This document shows positions 8,455 through 17,494 of a stretch of DNA of 64,000 bases, one piece after another (positions within the stretch are counted from its first letter, which is position 1; each line of letters opens with the position of its first letter). The translations under genes were made by a program, and so were the position numbers. The DNA comes from Nitrososphaerales archaeon (GTDB lineage: Archaea > Thermoproteota > Nitrososphaeria > Nitrososphaerales > Gagatemarchaeaceae): positions 23,607 through 87,606 of the forward strand of contig JASHOZ010000056.1 of assembly GCA_030038395.1 (NCBI GenBank), written 5' to 3'. The notes beneath the pieces were generated by a model, which had not been told where the DNA came from, did not search any database, and saw nothing but the letters and a program-made list of their open reading frames with translations.

Positions 8455-9672
8455 ATGCCCCGCGGGGACTTGGCCGATAGGCTCCTGTGGCTCGCGAACG
8501 AGAAGGAGATCAGGAACGCCGAGACCACCGACTCTTACTTCCTGAACACGAAGAAGGTCCTCCAGAGGAACCACATCGACAACAGGGTGGTGATGGAGGT
8601 CTACGCGAGGGAAGTGCCGTACGCCGACGGCTGGGGGGTCGTCAGCGGCGTCTACGAGGTGGCGAAGCTCCTCGAAGGCCTCCCCATCAGTGTCTGGGCC
8701 TTCAACGAGGGAGACGTCTTCGTCGCCGACGCATCCAAGGCGATCTACGAGCCGCTAATGGTCATCGAAGGGAGGTACATCGACTTCGCCGAGTACGAGA
8801 ACCCGATTCTCGGCCTCCTCACCACCTCTACGAGCGTGTCTACCAAGGCCGCCAAACTCAGGCTCGCGGCGGGACCGAGGCTCCTCATGAGCTTCGGGAC
8901 GAGGCGCGTTCACCCCGCCCTCTCGGCGCTGGTCGAGAGGAGCTGCTACATCGCCGGGTTCGACGGCGTCTCGAACGTCCTCGCCGCGAAACTCCTCCGG
9001 CTCGAGCCGTCTGGTACGATGCCCCACGCCCTGATTCAGGTCGTCGGGAGCCAGGAAAAGGCATGGCGCCTGTTCGACGAGACGATCCCCTCGAGCGTCC
9101 CACGTGTCGCTCTTGTGGACACCTTCTGGGACGAGAAGGCAGAGTCGATACGCGCCCTAGAGGTGCTCGGGAAGAGGCTGTGGGGGGTTCGGCTCGACAC
9201 CCCTGCGTCGAGGCGCGGGGACTTCCTCAAGATAGTCGAAGAGGTGAGGTGGGAACTCGACATACGGGGGGGCAAGTCGGTCAAGATAATCGTGTCGGGG
9301 AGGCTCGACGAGGAGTCCATCAGGAAACTCAACTCGGTGGCGGACGGTTACGGGGTCGGGACGGCCGTGGCCTATCCTCCAGCCGTGGACCTGAGCGCGA
9401 AGATAGTCGAGGTGACGGACGGCGCACGCGAGTTCAGGGCGAAGAGGGGCGGCCTTGGGGGGCGAAAAGGGGTCTACAGGTCGCCCGGCTTCAACGACTT
9501 CGTGGCTCTGGAAGGGAAGCGGAGGCCCGAGCGCTCAGTGCCTATGCTCCAGCTGTTGCTGAAGGACGGAAAACTCGCAAGAGACTTCGACAGCGTCGAT
9601 ACGATCCGCTCCCGAGTGAAGGCGGGTGTCGAAGAGCTGAGGTCGGCGCAGCCTTCCATTTCCTGGAGATGA
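8455..9672 (+). CDS. pncB: Nicotinate phosphoribosyltransferase
   Basis: TTDSYF, SFGTRRVHP, SGTMPHAL, ALVDTF, GVRLDTPASRRG, IIVSG, YGVGT. Confidence 0.92.
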   Translation: MPRGDLADRLLWLANEKEIRNAETTDSYFLNTKKVLQRNHIDNRVVMEVYAREVPYADGWGVVSGVYEVAKLLEGLPISVWAFNEGDVFVADASKAIYEPLMVIEGRYIDFAEYENPILGLLTTSTSVSTKAAKLRLAAGPRLLMSFGTRRVHPALSALVERSCYIAGFDGVSNVLAAKLLRLEPSGTMPHALIQVVGSQEKAWRLFDETIPSSVPRVALVDTFWDEKAESIRALEVLGKRLWGVRLDTPASRRGDFLKIVEEVRWELDIRGGKSVKIIVSGRLDEESIRKLNSVADGYGVGTAVAYPPAVDLSAKIVEVTDGAREFRAKRGGLGGRKGVYRSPGFNDFVALEGKRRPERSVPMLQLLLKDGKLARDFDSVDTIRSRVKAGVEELRSAQPSISWR

Positions 9673-10257
9673 CGGGGGTTCCGAAACGCGCTCATCGTCG
9701 TTGACGTTCAGAACGACTTCTGCGCGGGGGGCGCCCTCCCCGTCGGCCACGCCGACGAGATCGTCCCCCTCCTGAACAGTGTGATAGAGGGATTCGCTCG
9801 CGTTAGCCTTCCAATGTTCTTCACAAGAGACCTGCACCCCCGCAACCACGTGTCCTTCGTCGAGCGAGGCGGACGGTGGCCCCCCCACTGCGTACAAGGG
9901 ACCCGTGGGGCGGACTTCCATCCCAAGCTCGTCATCCCGAAAGGAGCAGCAGTGATAGACAAGGGGATGGGGGCGGACTTCGAAGCCTATTCGGGGTTCC
10001 AAGGGACGGACCTAGAGAGACGACTTAGAGACGAGAAGGTAGGGAGCGTCTACATCGGAGGACTCGCTACCGACTACTGCGTAAAGGAGACGGCAATCGA
10101 CGCGGTGGCGGCCGGGTTCAAGGCCTGGGTGATGCGAAACTGCGTGAGGGCAGTCGACCTCCGCCCCGGCGATTCCGAGGCGGCGCTGCAGAAGATGGCT
10201 GGCGAAGGCGTCAGCTTCACAACATCTCAGAAGGTCACGTCTTCGCTGGGCCGATGA
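9669..10257 (+). CDS. pncA: Nicotinamidase/pyrazinamidase with an anomalous 5' end (ATG at 9669 is out of frame by one base)
   Basis: In-frame NALIVVDVQNDFCAGGALPV, TRDLHP.NHVSF, WPPHCVQGT, YSGF, GLATDYCV. No in-frame ATG/GTG/TTG before the catalytic Asp. Confidence 0.85.
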
Positions 10258-10300
10258 AGCACCGCAGTTTTAATACCTCGGAAAGCTTCCTCATATCCGC

Positions 10301-11083
10301 ATGAAGTCGACGAGGAAACAGTCGCTGGGGCTGTACTTCTCTCCGACAGAAAGGAGCTTCCACATCGTCGTCAGGCTCAAGGACGTCCCCGGCGCGCTCA
10401 GCAGTGTGCTCGAGATTCTCAGGGGGCATGTGGACCTCGTGAGCAGCGTGAGTTACAGCGTGGAGAACGAAGGAGCGATATGGAGCGGGTTCGGGAAGTC
10501 GATATCGTCTTCTGACACGGCGGAGTCGCTCAGAAGGAAGATCGAAGGCCTGCCGATGGTCATCGAAAGCGAGGTGAAAGGCAGCGACGACGGGCTCCTG
10601 ATAGACTCGTTCCACTCTGGCCTGGAGGTCGCCCCCAATAGACCCGCCGTCGTCTTTCCGATCGTCGGCGTCGGCAGCATCTACGACCACCTCGCCAGAA
10701 TCCTCGGCACCGGCGGCGAGACCATAATGTTCGAGGAAGGCTGGGCGCTGGGGAAGTCCAGCGGTGACTACCTGAACTCGATGCTCGGGCCAGGGCGGCT
10801 GGAATGGAAGCTGAGGGCGCTCTTAGGGACATACGGTACCATCGGCTGGGGGGCCGCCACGCTGCGCGTGGAGAAGCCCGGAGAAGACTTCGCCGTCCAG
10901 ATTCGTGAGTGCATGGAGTGCTCTGGGAAGGGCAAAGAGAGGAAGGGGTGCAACCTCCTGCGCGGCACACTGACGGGCGCATTTACGACGCTGGCAGGAA
11001 AGGAGTTCAAGTGCGAAGAGACGAAGTGCAGGTTCGCAGGGTCGCCCTTCTGTGAGTTCAACCTACGGGCTAGCGCCGAGTAG
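10301..11083 (+). CDS. ACT-domain + V4R-domain ligand-binding protein
   Basis: N-terminal LKDVPGALSSV (ACT); C-terminal ECMEC...GCNLLRG...EETKCRFAGSPFCEF (V4R). Confidence 0.8.
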   Translation: MKSTRKQSLGLYFSPTERSFHIVVRLKDVPGALSSVLEILRGHVDLVSSVSYSVENEGAIWSGFGKSISSSDTAESLRRKIEGLPMVIESEVKGSDDGLLIDSFHSGLEVAPNRPAVVFPIVGVGSIYDHLARILGTGGETIMFEEGWALGKSSGDYLNSMLGPGRLEWKLRALLGTYGTIGWGAATLRVEKPGEDFAVQIRECMECSGKGKERKGCNLLRGTLTGAFTTLAGKEFKCEETKCRFAGSPFCEFNLRASAE

Positions 11084-11404
11084 CGGACCGTCACGGACTT
11101 CGCTCTGCCCCGCTGAATTGCCTGGCACGCCAGCAATACTGTCATCATCCTGACCTTGTGGGCCAGTCCTGTTCGCCCGTCGTAGCACGCCGCGTGCCAG
11201 ACCGCGACGTCTTTCCTGGTTTTGTTATTTATCCGTTAACGGGCCACGGTTCCGCTTCGTCTTCTGGGCAGTGAGGTCAGAGCGCCTCACTTGAGCTGTC
11301 AGGATGGCTCAAGGCTCTAGAGTCGGATGGAGGGAGCCATCAGACAAACCGGAGTCCCTTGCCCCAAAAGAGCCATAAGTCTCACACGGCCCGTAAGGGG
11401 GTTG

Positions 11405-11824
11405 ATGAAGCGCGCGGCATGGATTCTGTTGGTTCTGGCTGTCGGTCTGCTCTTCCTCGCTGCTATCTTCTCCCGGCCGTGGACGCCAAGTTGCGCTTTC
11501 GGTTGCGGCTTCACCAGCTCCGCAGACGTGCAGGCCGGGCAAGCATCCTGCACCCCTTCTGAGACAGGGGGCGTCTGCGTGGTCCCAGTGGAGAACACCG
11601 GGGGAGCGGAGGCCGTGGCTGTGGGTTGTACCGTTCTCGACAACGGCACAAGTGTAGTCGGAAAGGTGGGTGGCACCACCACGTTTGCCGCCCCAACGCA
11701 GGCCTACGTGTCGTTCTCATGCGCTTTCATCGGCTCTGAACCAGTCTCGGGAGCTGAAATAGTTGGTGAGATTTTACTGAGTGATGGCCTCTCCGCCGTT
11801 CCGTTCTCGGGCACTTGGTCTTAG
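11405..11824 (+). CDS. Secreted/membrane-anchored Cys-containing beta-rich protein, unknown function
   Basis: MKRAAW followed by a hydrophobic N-terminal segment; Ig/pilin-like beta pattern (VENTGG). Confidence 0.55.
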   Translation: MKRAAWILLVLAVGLLFLAAIFSRPWTPSCAFGCGFTSSADVQAGQASCTPSETGGVCVVPVENTGGAEAVAVGCTVLDNGTSVVGKVGGTTTFAAPTQAYVSFSCAFIGSEPVSGAEIVGEILLSDGLSAVPFSGTWS

Positions 11825-11946
11825 GCTCTTCGAAGCTTCCTGTCTCTTAACCCCAGAGGAAGCGCCGAGTTAAACCGACACCGGCACGAAGCAGGACCAC
11901 CTCCCACTCATCAGGCTTTTATTCACGCAGGGCGTCTTGGACTCAC

Positions 11947-12387
11947 TTGGAAGAAGTCGAGTTCGTGAGCTGGTGGAAGGCACTCGCCGAAGACCCGGAC
12001 TACTACACGAACACGGAGCAGGGCCAGAAGGAGCTCGCCGAGATGATCCGCAAGGAATCGGAGAGGCTCCTGGAAGAGATCGGGCGGAACGTCAAGAGGA
12101 CCAAGGAGATCATCTGGCTCTCGCGATTCTGCAGGTCCTGTTCATACTACGGCGCCGACGGGCGCAAGATGAGCTGCAACCGCTGGAAAGTGAGGATAGT
12201 GAAGCCGTTCCACGGCCGGCCGATCTGGGGGAGCGTCCCTTCGGGGAAGGGCGACGGCGAGAAACAGTTGGTGGTAGAAGGGATCGACTGGGACGCGAAG
12301 TGGAGGGAGATATCGGAGAAGGTGGTCGAGATGTCGGTGGACATGGTGAACGGCGGCTACCCTTACTTCTGTTTCAAGAGCAAGTGA
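11947..12387 (+). CDS. Hypothetical protein with 4 Cys (CRSC...C...C), possibly metal-binding
   Basis: Strong GC3 codon bias; TATA-like TTTTATT about 30 nt upstream. Confidence 0.65.
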   Translation: MEEVEFVSWWKALAEDPDYYTNTEQGQKELAEMIRKESERLLEEIGRNVKRTKEIIWLSRFCRSCSYYGADGRKMSCNRWKVRIVKPFHGRPIWGSVPSGKGDGEKQLVVEGIDWDAKWREISEKVVEMSVDMVNGGYPYFCFKSK

Positions 12388-12476
12388 CGAGAGAAGTAGC
12401 GTGACACTTCCAGGGGCTGCTCCCTCGGGCTGACTCTGCACCCTGCCCTTCCAGCCAAGCGTGGGAGGTGAACCGA

Positions 12477-13004
12477 ATGATGCTGTCTCTGGGGGAACGA
12501 ATCAGGGCCAGGTTTCAGGAGCCACGTTCAGCCGTGCAGAGGCTCGGGATTTCAAAGGGCCAGACCGTAGCCGACATCGGCGCGGGCACGGGGTACTTCA
12601 CGGTCCCGGCCGCGCTCGAAGTAGGAGCCGGGGGGCTCGTGTACTCGGTCGAGCCTGACATCAGCCGGTGCGAAAAAGTCAGGCGCAGGGCATCGACAGA
12701 GAGACTGGAGAACGTACGGGTCATCAATTCAAAGGCCGAGCAGATGGGCGAGATACCCTCAGTCAGCGTCGACCTAGCGTTCTCGGCCTTCTCATTCCAT
12801 CACTTCGACGACAGGAGGGGAGGTGTCACTGAGATTAGAAGGACACTGAAGACTGGAGGCGTGTTCTATATCTGGGACAGGCGGCCCGGCGTCATCGTCA
12901 GTCACGGCACTCGCCCCGAGGAGCTCGGCAGCCTCTCCGACGGCTTCGCGAAGTTCGAACTCTTGGAGGCGGGGAGGACCGTAAGAGGGAGGTTCACGAA
13001 GTGA
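12477..13004 (+). CDS. Class I SAM-dependent methyltransferase
   Basis: VADIGAGTGYF motif I, FSFHHF; SD GGAGGTGA before the ATG at 12477. Confidence 0.85.
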   Translation: MMLSLGERIRARFQEPRSAVQRLGISKGQTVADIGAGTGYFTVPAALEVGAGGLVYSVEPDISRCEKVRRRASTERLENVRVINSKAEQMGEIPSVSVDLAFSAFSFHHFDDRRGGVTEIRRTLKTGGVFYIWDRRPGVIVSHGTRPEELGSLSDGFAKFELLEAGRTVRGRFTK

Positions 13005-13086
13005 GGCAGACGAAGCATCCAAACTGTGAAACCACGAGAAATTAATATCACGGAGCGTGCGGGGAGCTCAAAGGTTGTTCTTCCAT

Positions 13087-13467
13087 GTGACAGTGTCCGA
13101 CTACGACTTCGGGGCGCTGATTCTGAGGGTTACGGTCGGGACGCTGCTGGCTACGCATGGATATCCCAAGCTTACCTCGGGACTCAAAAGCGTGCACGAC
13201 TGGCTCGCCGCGGCCGGCATCCCAGGAGTACTGGGGCCATTGGTCGGCGTCCTCGAGTTTGCAGGAGGACTGTCGCTCGTAGTGGGATTCCTGACGCCCG
13301 TGGTGGCTGCGCTCTTCGTGCTCGAGTTCCTAGGAATAATCGCCACCGGGAAGAAGCTCGGGAAGTCCAAGTTCGGCGACTACGAGAAGGATCTGTTCTT
13401 CCTTGGTGCCGCCTTGGCCCTCGTGCTCTTGGGCGGCGGCAAGTATTCCGTCGACCGCCTGCTGTAA
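13087..13467 (+). CDS. DoxX-family membrane protein
   Basis: LILRVTVG...HGYPKL, EFAGGL...GFLTP, GGGKYSVD. GTG start inferred (ORF track 13057). Confidence 0.85.
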   Translation: MTVSDYDFGALILRVTVGTLLATHGYPKLTSGLKSVHDWLAAAGIPGVLGPLVGVLEFAGGLSLVVGFLTPVVAALFVLEFLGIIATGKKLGKSKFGDYEKDLFFLGAALALVLLGGGKYSVDRLL

Positions 13468-13510
13468 GTCACTTGGACACACTCTACGCGCAGGCGGACG
13501 TCCTGTAGGC

Positions 13511-13987
13511 TCAGCCTGACCCTGCTTGCACGCGCCTGCAAGTCCCAGACTCGTGAGCCCTTGACAGTAACGAGTAGGCAAGCCCGACCAGAGCCTTTGA
13601 GGGCTTCGACTCCATAATCTGCGAAACAGTAGCTCCCCATGGGAGGGCTGTCATGAGGCTGGGCACCGCGTCCCCTCCGCTCCAGTGCTTCCCTTCTGGG
13701 GATACCAGATGGAACGACCTGAACCTCAGCGCAGGCGCGATGGTGGCGAGCATACCCGACCTGTCAGCCTCTACGAGTGAAGCAAACCCCAGACGATGCT
13801 TGGCGTCGAGGAACTCGACGAACTTCTTGAACCTCACGCACGGACCGCAGTCGTCGTCGTAGACAACGACGTACCGCTTCCCCTTCGACGTCTCGCGAGA
13901 GGCTGAGCGGGCAGGTCTTGCTCCATCAACACGCTCTGTCCAACTTCGGGCATCCTCGGCCCAGCCTTCCTCGGCCAACTCAGACAC
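13511..13987 (-). CDS. DCC1-like thiol-disulfide oxidoreductase (DUF393)
   Basis: VVVYDDDCGPC motif, SFHLVSPEG...SGGDA. Confidence 0.8.
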   Translation of the reverse strand: MSELAEEGWAEDARSWTERVDGARPARSASRETSKGKRYVVVYDDDCGPCVRFKKFVEFLDAKHRLGFASLVEADRSGMLATIAPALRFRSFHLVSPEGKHWSGGDAVPSLMTALPWGATVSQIMESKPSKALVGLAYSLLSRAHESGTCRRVQAGSG

Positions 13988-14000
13988 GACGGGCTTTCCC

Positions 14001-14192
14001 TTACAGCGAAAGGAAGATTAGGACCACCAGGATGATGATTATTATCACAAGTATTATCACGATGTGCGAGATGCCCCGCCGCACCGCCGAGCGTCCGCCC
14101 AGTGTCGTGAGCAGGCAGTTTGCCGTACCGGCGCAAAGACCAAAGACGGCTCCGAAGAGGACAGAGAGCGCCTCGGCGAAGGGCACTCTCAT
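14001..14192 (-). CDS. 63-aa hydrophobic membrane peptide
   Basis: ATGA overlap with the PadR stop; ends 14 nt before the DCC1-like start; very hydrophobic C-terminus RRGISHIVIILVIIIIILVVLIFLSL. Confidence 0.45.
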   Translation of the reverse strand: MRVPFAEALSVLFGAVFGLCAGTANCLLTTLGGRSAVRRGISHIVIILVIIIIILVVLIFLSL

Positions 14193-14665
14193 TGCTCTAT
14201 CAGCTCGGCGAGCTTGGACTGTGCTTCGTTGAGGATCTTGGTCGCCTGCTTGGCTTTCGCTTCGCTGATTCCGGGGAGCGCCGACATCGCGGTGCGCTGC
14301 AGGTCCCTGCCCGCCTTGATCATCTCCAACCTCTCATGGGGAACCCTCTTCTGGAATTCCATCAGCCTGTCCAGCTTCTGCTGGCCTTTGGCGAGAAACT
14401 TTTTCCCGGCCTCGTTGATTCTGTAGACTTTCTTTCCCCCATCCTCGGTGTTCGAACTCACCAGGCTCTCGTCTTCGAGCCACTGAAGGGTCGGATACAC
14501 CACGCCCGCGCTCGGGGCGTACATCCCCCCGAACATCTCGGAGATCTCCTTGATCACTTCGTACCCGTGCATGGGCTTCTGGCTCAGCGCCTTCAGGACG
14601 ATTACCCTCGCATCGCCCCGCTGCATCCATCTGTGCTGTCGCATCCAAGGTCCGCCGAACATCAT
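14189..14665 (-). CDS. PadR-family transcriptional regulator
   Basis: RGDARVIVLKALSQKPMHGYEVI...YAPSAGVVYPTLQWLEDE...KKVYRINEAG. Confidence 0.92.
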   Translation of the reverse strand: MMFGGPWMRQHRWMQRGDARVIVLKALSQKPMHGYEVIKEISEMFGGMYAPSAGVVYPTLQWLEDESLVSSNTEDGGKKVYRINEAGKKFLAKGQQKLDRLMEFQKRVPHERLEMIKAGRDLQRTAMSALPGISEAKAKQATKILNEAQSKLAELIEQ

Positions 14666-14697
14666 ATCGCGACATTACTTGATATATCGCGATATAT
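14664..14697. promoter_or_regulatory. Candidate PadR operator: perfect 16-bp palindrome ATATATCGCGATATAT (14682-14697) plus a second site ATATCGCGACAT over the start codon
   Basis: Seen directly; overlaps the promoter/start region of the PadR gene. Confidence 0.7.
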
Positions 14698-14793
14698 ATC
14701 TTTCGGCCACTAGGTCGGCGAAGAATGGCGTCGTGCTCGCCAGCCTCCTCTTGCTCTAAGTCTTATATCGCATCAAATGGCCTGAAACTGCGT

Positions 14794-14908
14794 GGCCGCG
14801 GTGGTGTAGTCGGGTGGCGGATGCCACCGGCACAGCTTGGTTAACATAGGAGGCTGTGGAGCACGCGCAGTCACCTTTAGATCGTGGGTTCAAATCCCAC
14901 CCGCGGCC
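14794..14908 (+). tRNA. tRNA-His(GUG) with two BHB introns: 26 nt at 15/16 (14810-14835) and 13 nt at 37/38 (14860-14872)
   Basis: Encoded G-1, acceptor GCCGCGG/CCGCGGC, C73 discriminator, T arm GTGGG-TTCAAAT-CCCAC. BHB helices GTGT/GCAC (bulges AG|T, AG|C) and CTGT/GCAG (bulges GG|A, TC|A). TATA-like CTTATAT at 14762-14768. Confidence 0.9.
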
Positions 14909-15160
14909 CGCCTTGGTTCAAAGCAGCATGCCCAATAAATCGGCGACATATGCACGAACGACTCTTTTCCGCCTCTTAACTCGATTGTGATGTCAGGGCA
15001 TCCACTCCCATCGAACACGACGTCCTTGACAGTTCCAGTCACCTTCGCATCGCCTGTTACGACCTACTTCCCGAGAAGTTCATTCCTTCTGTACATCCTC
15101 TCGTCCGGTATGTTCCCCCACCTCCCGCGAGGGCCACGTTTGATACTGAACACGCCCACA

Positions 15161-16331
15161 CTAACCCGACTTCGTGCCACACTTCCCGTAGCATGCATCT
15201 TCTGCCGGGTACTGGGTTCCACACGCGGGGCAGAGTTTACGGGCCAGCGGTTGCCTGCCCAGAAGCTGGAACACCTGCTACAGGCTGACTCGAGACCTGA
15301 TCCGAAGCAGGCACCATCACCATGAGCTTCCCGAGGCCCTGTCCCTGCACAGCCATTCCCAAACACGCAGCCGCAATGAGCAGGAACCCTGCGACCACAA
15401 ACACGACCTCGGCGATCGCGGGCATGACGCCCTGAATGGGGGTGCTGCTGACGAAGCTCCAAAAACCGTATGCCGCCAGTTGCGAGAGAGAACTCCACAC
15501 CAACCCGATAGCAAATACAAGGGCGCCGACGAGCACTATGATGAATGAAGTCGCTACGGCGACGGCCCTGCTCTTCGCCATGACCGCATACGTCACGAGT
15601 CCAACGGTAGCTAGCATTACTGCCTCTCCAGTGAAATAGCTCCAGTCCAAAACACCAAGAGGGTTGAACAGGGAGTTGATGTTTTGGAGAAGGGGCGCAC
15701 TAAAGTTGCCGGATGTGCCGACGCTGGCCAGATACTGAAGGATGCCGTAGAACCCCCACTGTACACCAGTAGCCCCCACTGTATACCAGTACACTTGGAA
15801 CATAACCAGTATGCCAAAGATAAGTCCGAACATCGACCTCATGACTCTTGCAGAGAGTGTCTGCCCCCTAGAGATCGTAAATGTGACAATCAACATGACC
15901 CCCGCTATCAACGAGATGATGCCGCCGTCGATTACCGTGCTCAAGTCAGAGTAGCGGCAGCTAAATCCACATGTCGAGTAGAGTGAGATCATTCCGACTC
16001 CACTCAATACGAATGCTATTGCAGCAAGAAGAAGGACCGTCAGAACGGTTTTTTCTGGAAAGACCCCTCTTCTGGCCTGTGCTCCGCACACGATGATCAG
16101 GGCCGCCATCACGAGCATGAGAATTGCGGCCACAACCCCGAGGCCTAGCCAACCCAGGTCCCCCGCTGGCGCACCGCTGAGGTGCGGCACAAAATACCCG
16201 AATTCGATGAAGTAGGAGAAGACCCCGAACATGATGCCCAGACCGAGGAGCAACAGAGAGATGAAACCAATCATCCTAAAGTAGAACCCTAGGCTCTTCG
16301 TCTCGGGAACAGACGTTCCCATCGGTAGCAT
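15161..16331 (-). pseudogene. Multi-pass membrane protein (ORF 15237-16331) whose C-terminal Zn ribbon lies out of frame (15161-15240)
   Basis: 364-aa hydrophobic ORF stops at ...ATAGP*; the +1 frame continues RKLCPACGTQYPAEDACYGKCGTKSG*. Confidence 0.55.
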
Positions 16332-16900
16332 GGGTCAGTCCTTAATTTAAAAACACGAGTCTGAAATGCTCGAGTGGAGCTTTTCACAGAGTCTGACGAG
16401 GGCTGACCATAGGTTGTGCCCCGGCTTCGCTAATCTGCAAGCCTGATGCCACCAGAGGACCTCGCCTGTCTCGACTGGCTCCCAGCCGTACCTCTCCACA
16501 GTGCCTTCATACCTGATGGAGGCGCCTAAGGCAGGGTGCTCGTAGTCGACGCGGGACGAGAGGAACCCCCATGACTCGCTCGTAGGGGGACCATCTTCTC
16601 ATCCACGAAAGTCCTCTTCATCCTCCCCCGACCACATCGACTCCGTCGCAGTCAGAAGCGACTTTGGCCGCTGCCTGATTGCCCGTGGTATTGGGGGTAC
16701 TCTATACCGCGGGCACTACCAAGGCTAGCCCGAGATGTCAGAGCGTCCAACATCACCAAAGCTACCAGGCTCAAAATCCTACCGGCATCCCCACTCACCA
16801 ATTTGTTCATTCTCGAGTAAAGTCCCACCCACGGTCCGCCCTCCTGAACTGCCACTCATGCGGCAAACCCCCGGACTGATGTCATCAGAGGGATAAGAGC

Positions 16901-17368
16901 CTACGCCAGCGCCTTCTTGATTGCCTCGAAGTCTGGTAGCTTCCCCGGCTCAGGCGCGACCCACTTGAAGGTGATCTTCCCGCGGCCGTCCACCAGGAAA
17001 ATTGCCCTGTTAGCGACGTCGTAGCCTTCGACGCCTCCGAGGTTATTCCAGACGACCCCGTACCTCCGGATTACGTCACGCTTGAAGTCGCAAAGCAGGG
17101 GGAACGTTAGACCGTTCTTCTCGGCGAAGGCCTTCTGTGCAAAGGGCGCGTCCACAGATATCCCGACGACGTTCCCCTTCAGCTTCTCGAGCTCCCCATA
17201 CATGTCCCTGAAGGTGCACATTTCCTGAGTGCAGACCCCGGTGAACGCTCCGGGATAGAAGGCGAATACCGTCTTGCGACCCTCAACCAGGAACTCTGCA
17301 CTCTTCCTGACCTTCCTGTCTTGGTCATATAGCGCGAACTCGGGCGCAGTGTCACCCAGTCCCGGCAT
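16901..17368 (-). CDS. Peroxiredoxin (AhpC/TSA, BCP-like)
   Basis: FYPGAFTGVCTQEMC peroxidatic motif, GISVD, FPLLCD, RAIFLVD. Confidence 0.92.
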   Translation of the reverse strand: MPGLGDTAPEFALYDQDRKVRKSAEFLVEGRKTVFAFYPGAFTGVCTQEMCTFRDMYGELEKLKGNVVGISVDAPFAQKAFAEKNGLTFPLLCDFKRDVIRRYGVVWNNLGGVEGYDVANRAIFLVDGRGKITFKWVAPEPGKLPDFEAIKKALA

Positions 17369-17494
17369 TCTGCCTGCTGTCCTAGCCCCTCTGCTTTAAG
17401 TTTGTGCGGGGCGGTCGTGTGGGAACCGTTGGGCCGCCTTGGCTTCCGACAGGCTGAAGCTCTATCTAGAACGAGCTCATTGGACTCCGCGTTG

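Noticed and set aside
9670..9672. Selenocysteine reading of the in-frame UGA between pncB and pncA
   Set aside because: The codon sits in an inter-domain position, not a catalytic Cys site, and no SECIS-like element or Sec machinery is visible
8487..9704. Long alternative-frame and antisense ORFs (also 26071-27312, 26882-27847, 42478-43401, 47268-48314 and many shorter ones)
   Set aside because: Arg/Gly/Pro-rich shadows of well-supported genes, expected from high GC3 codon bias
16340..16890. Coding-like fragments on the minus strand
   Set aside because: Frequent stops and frame changes with no recognisable family; cannot be called
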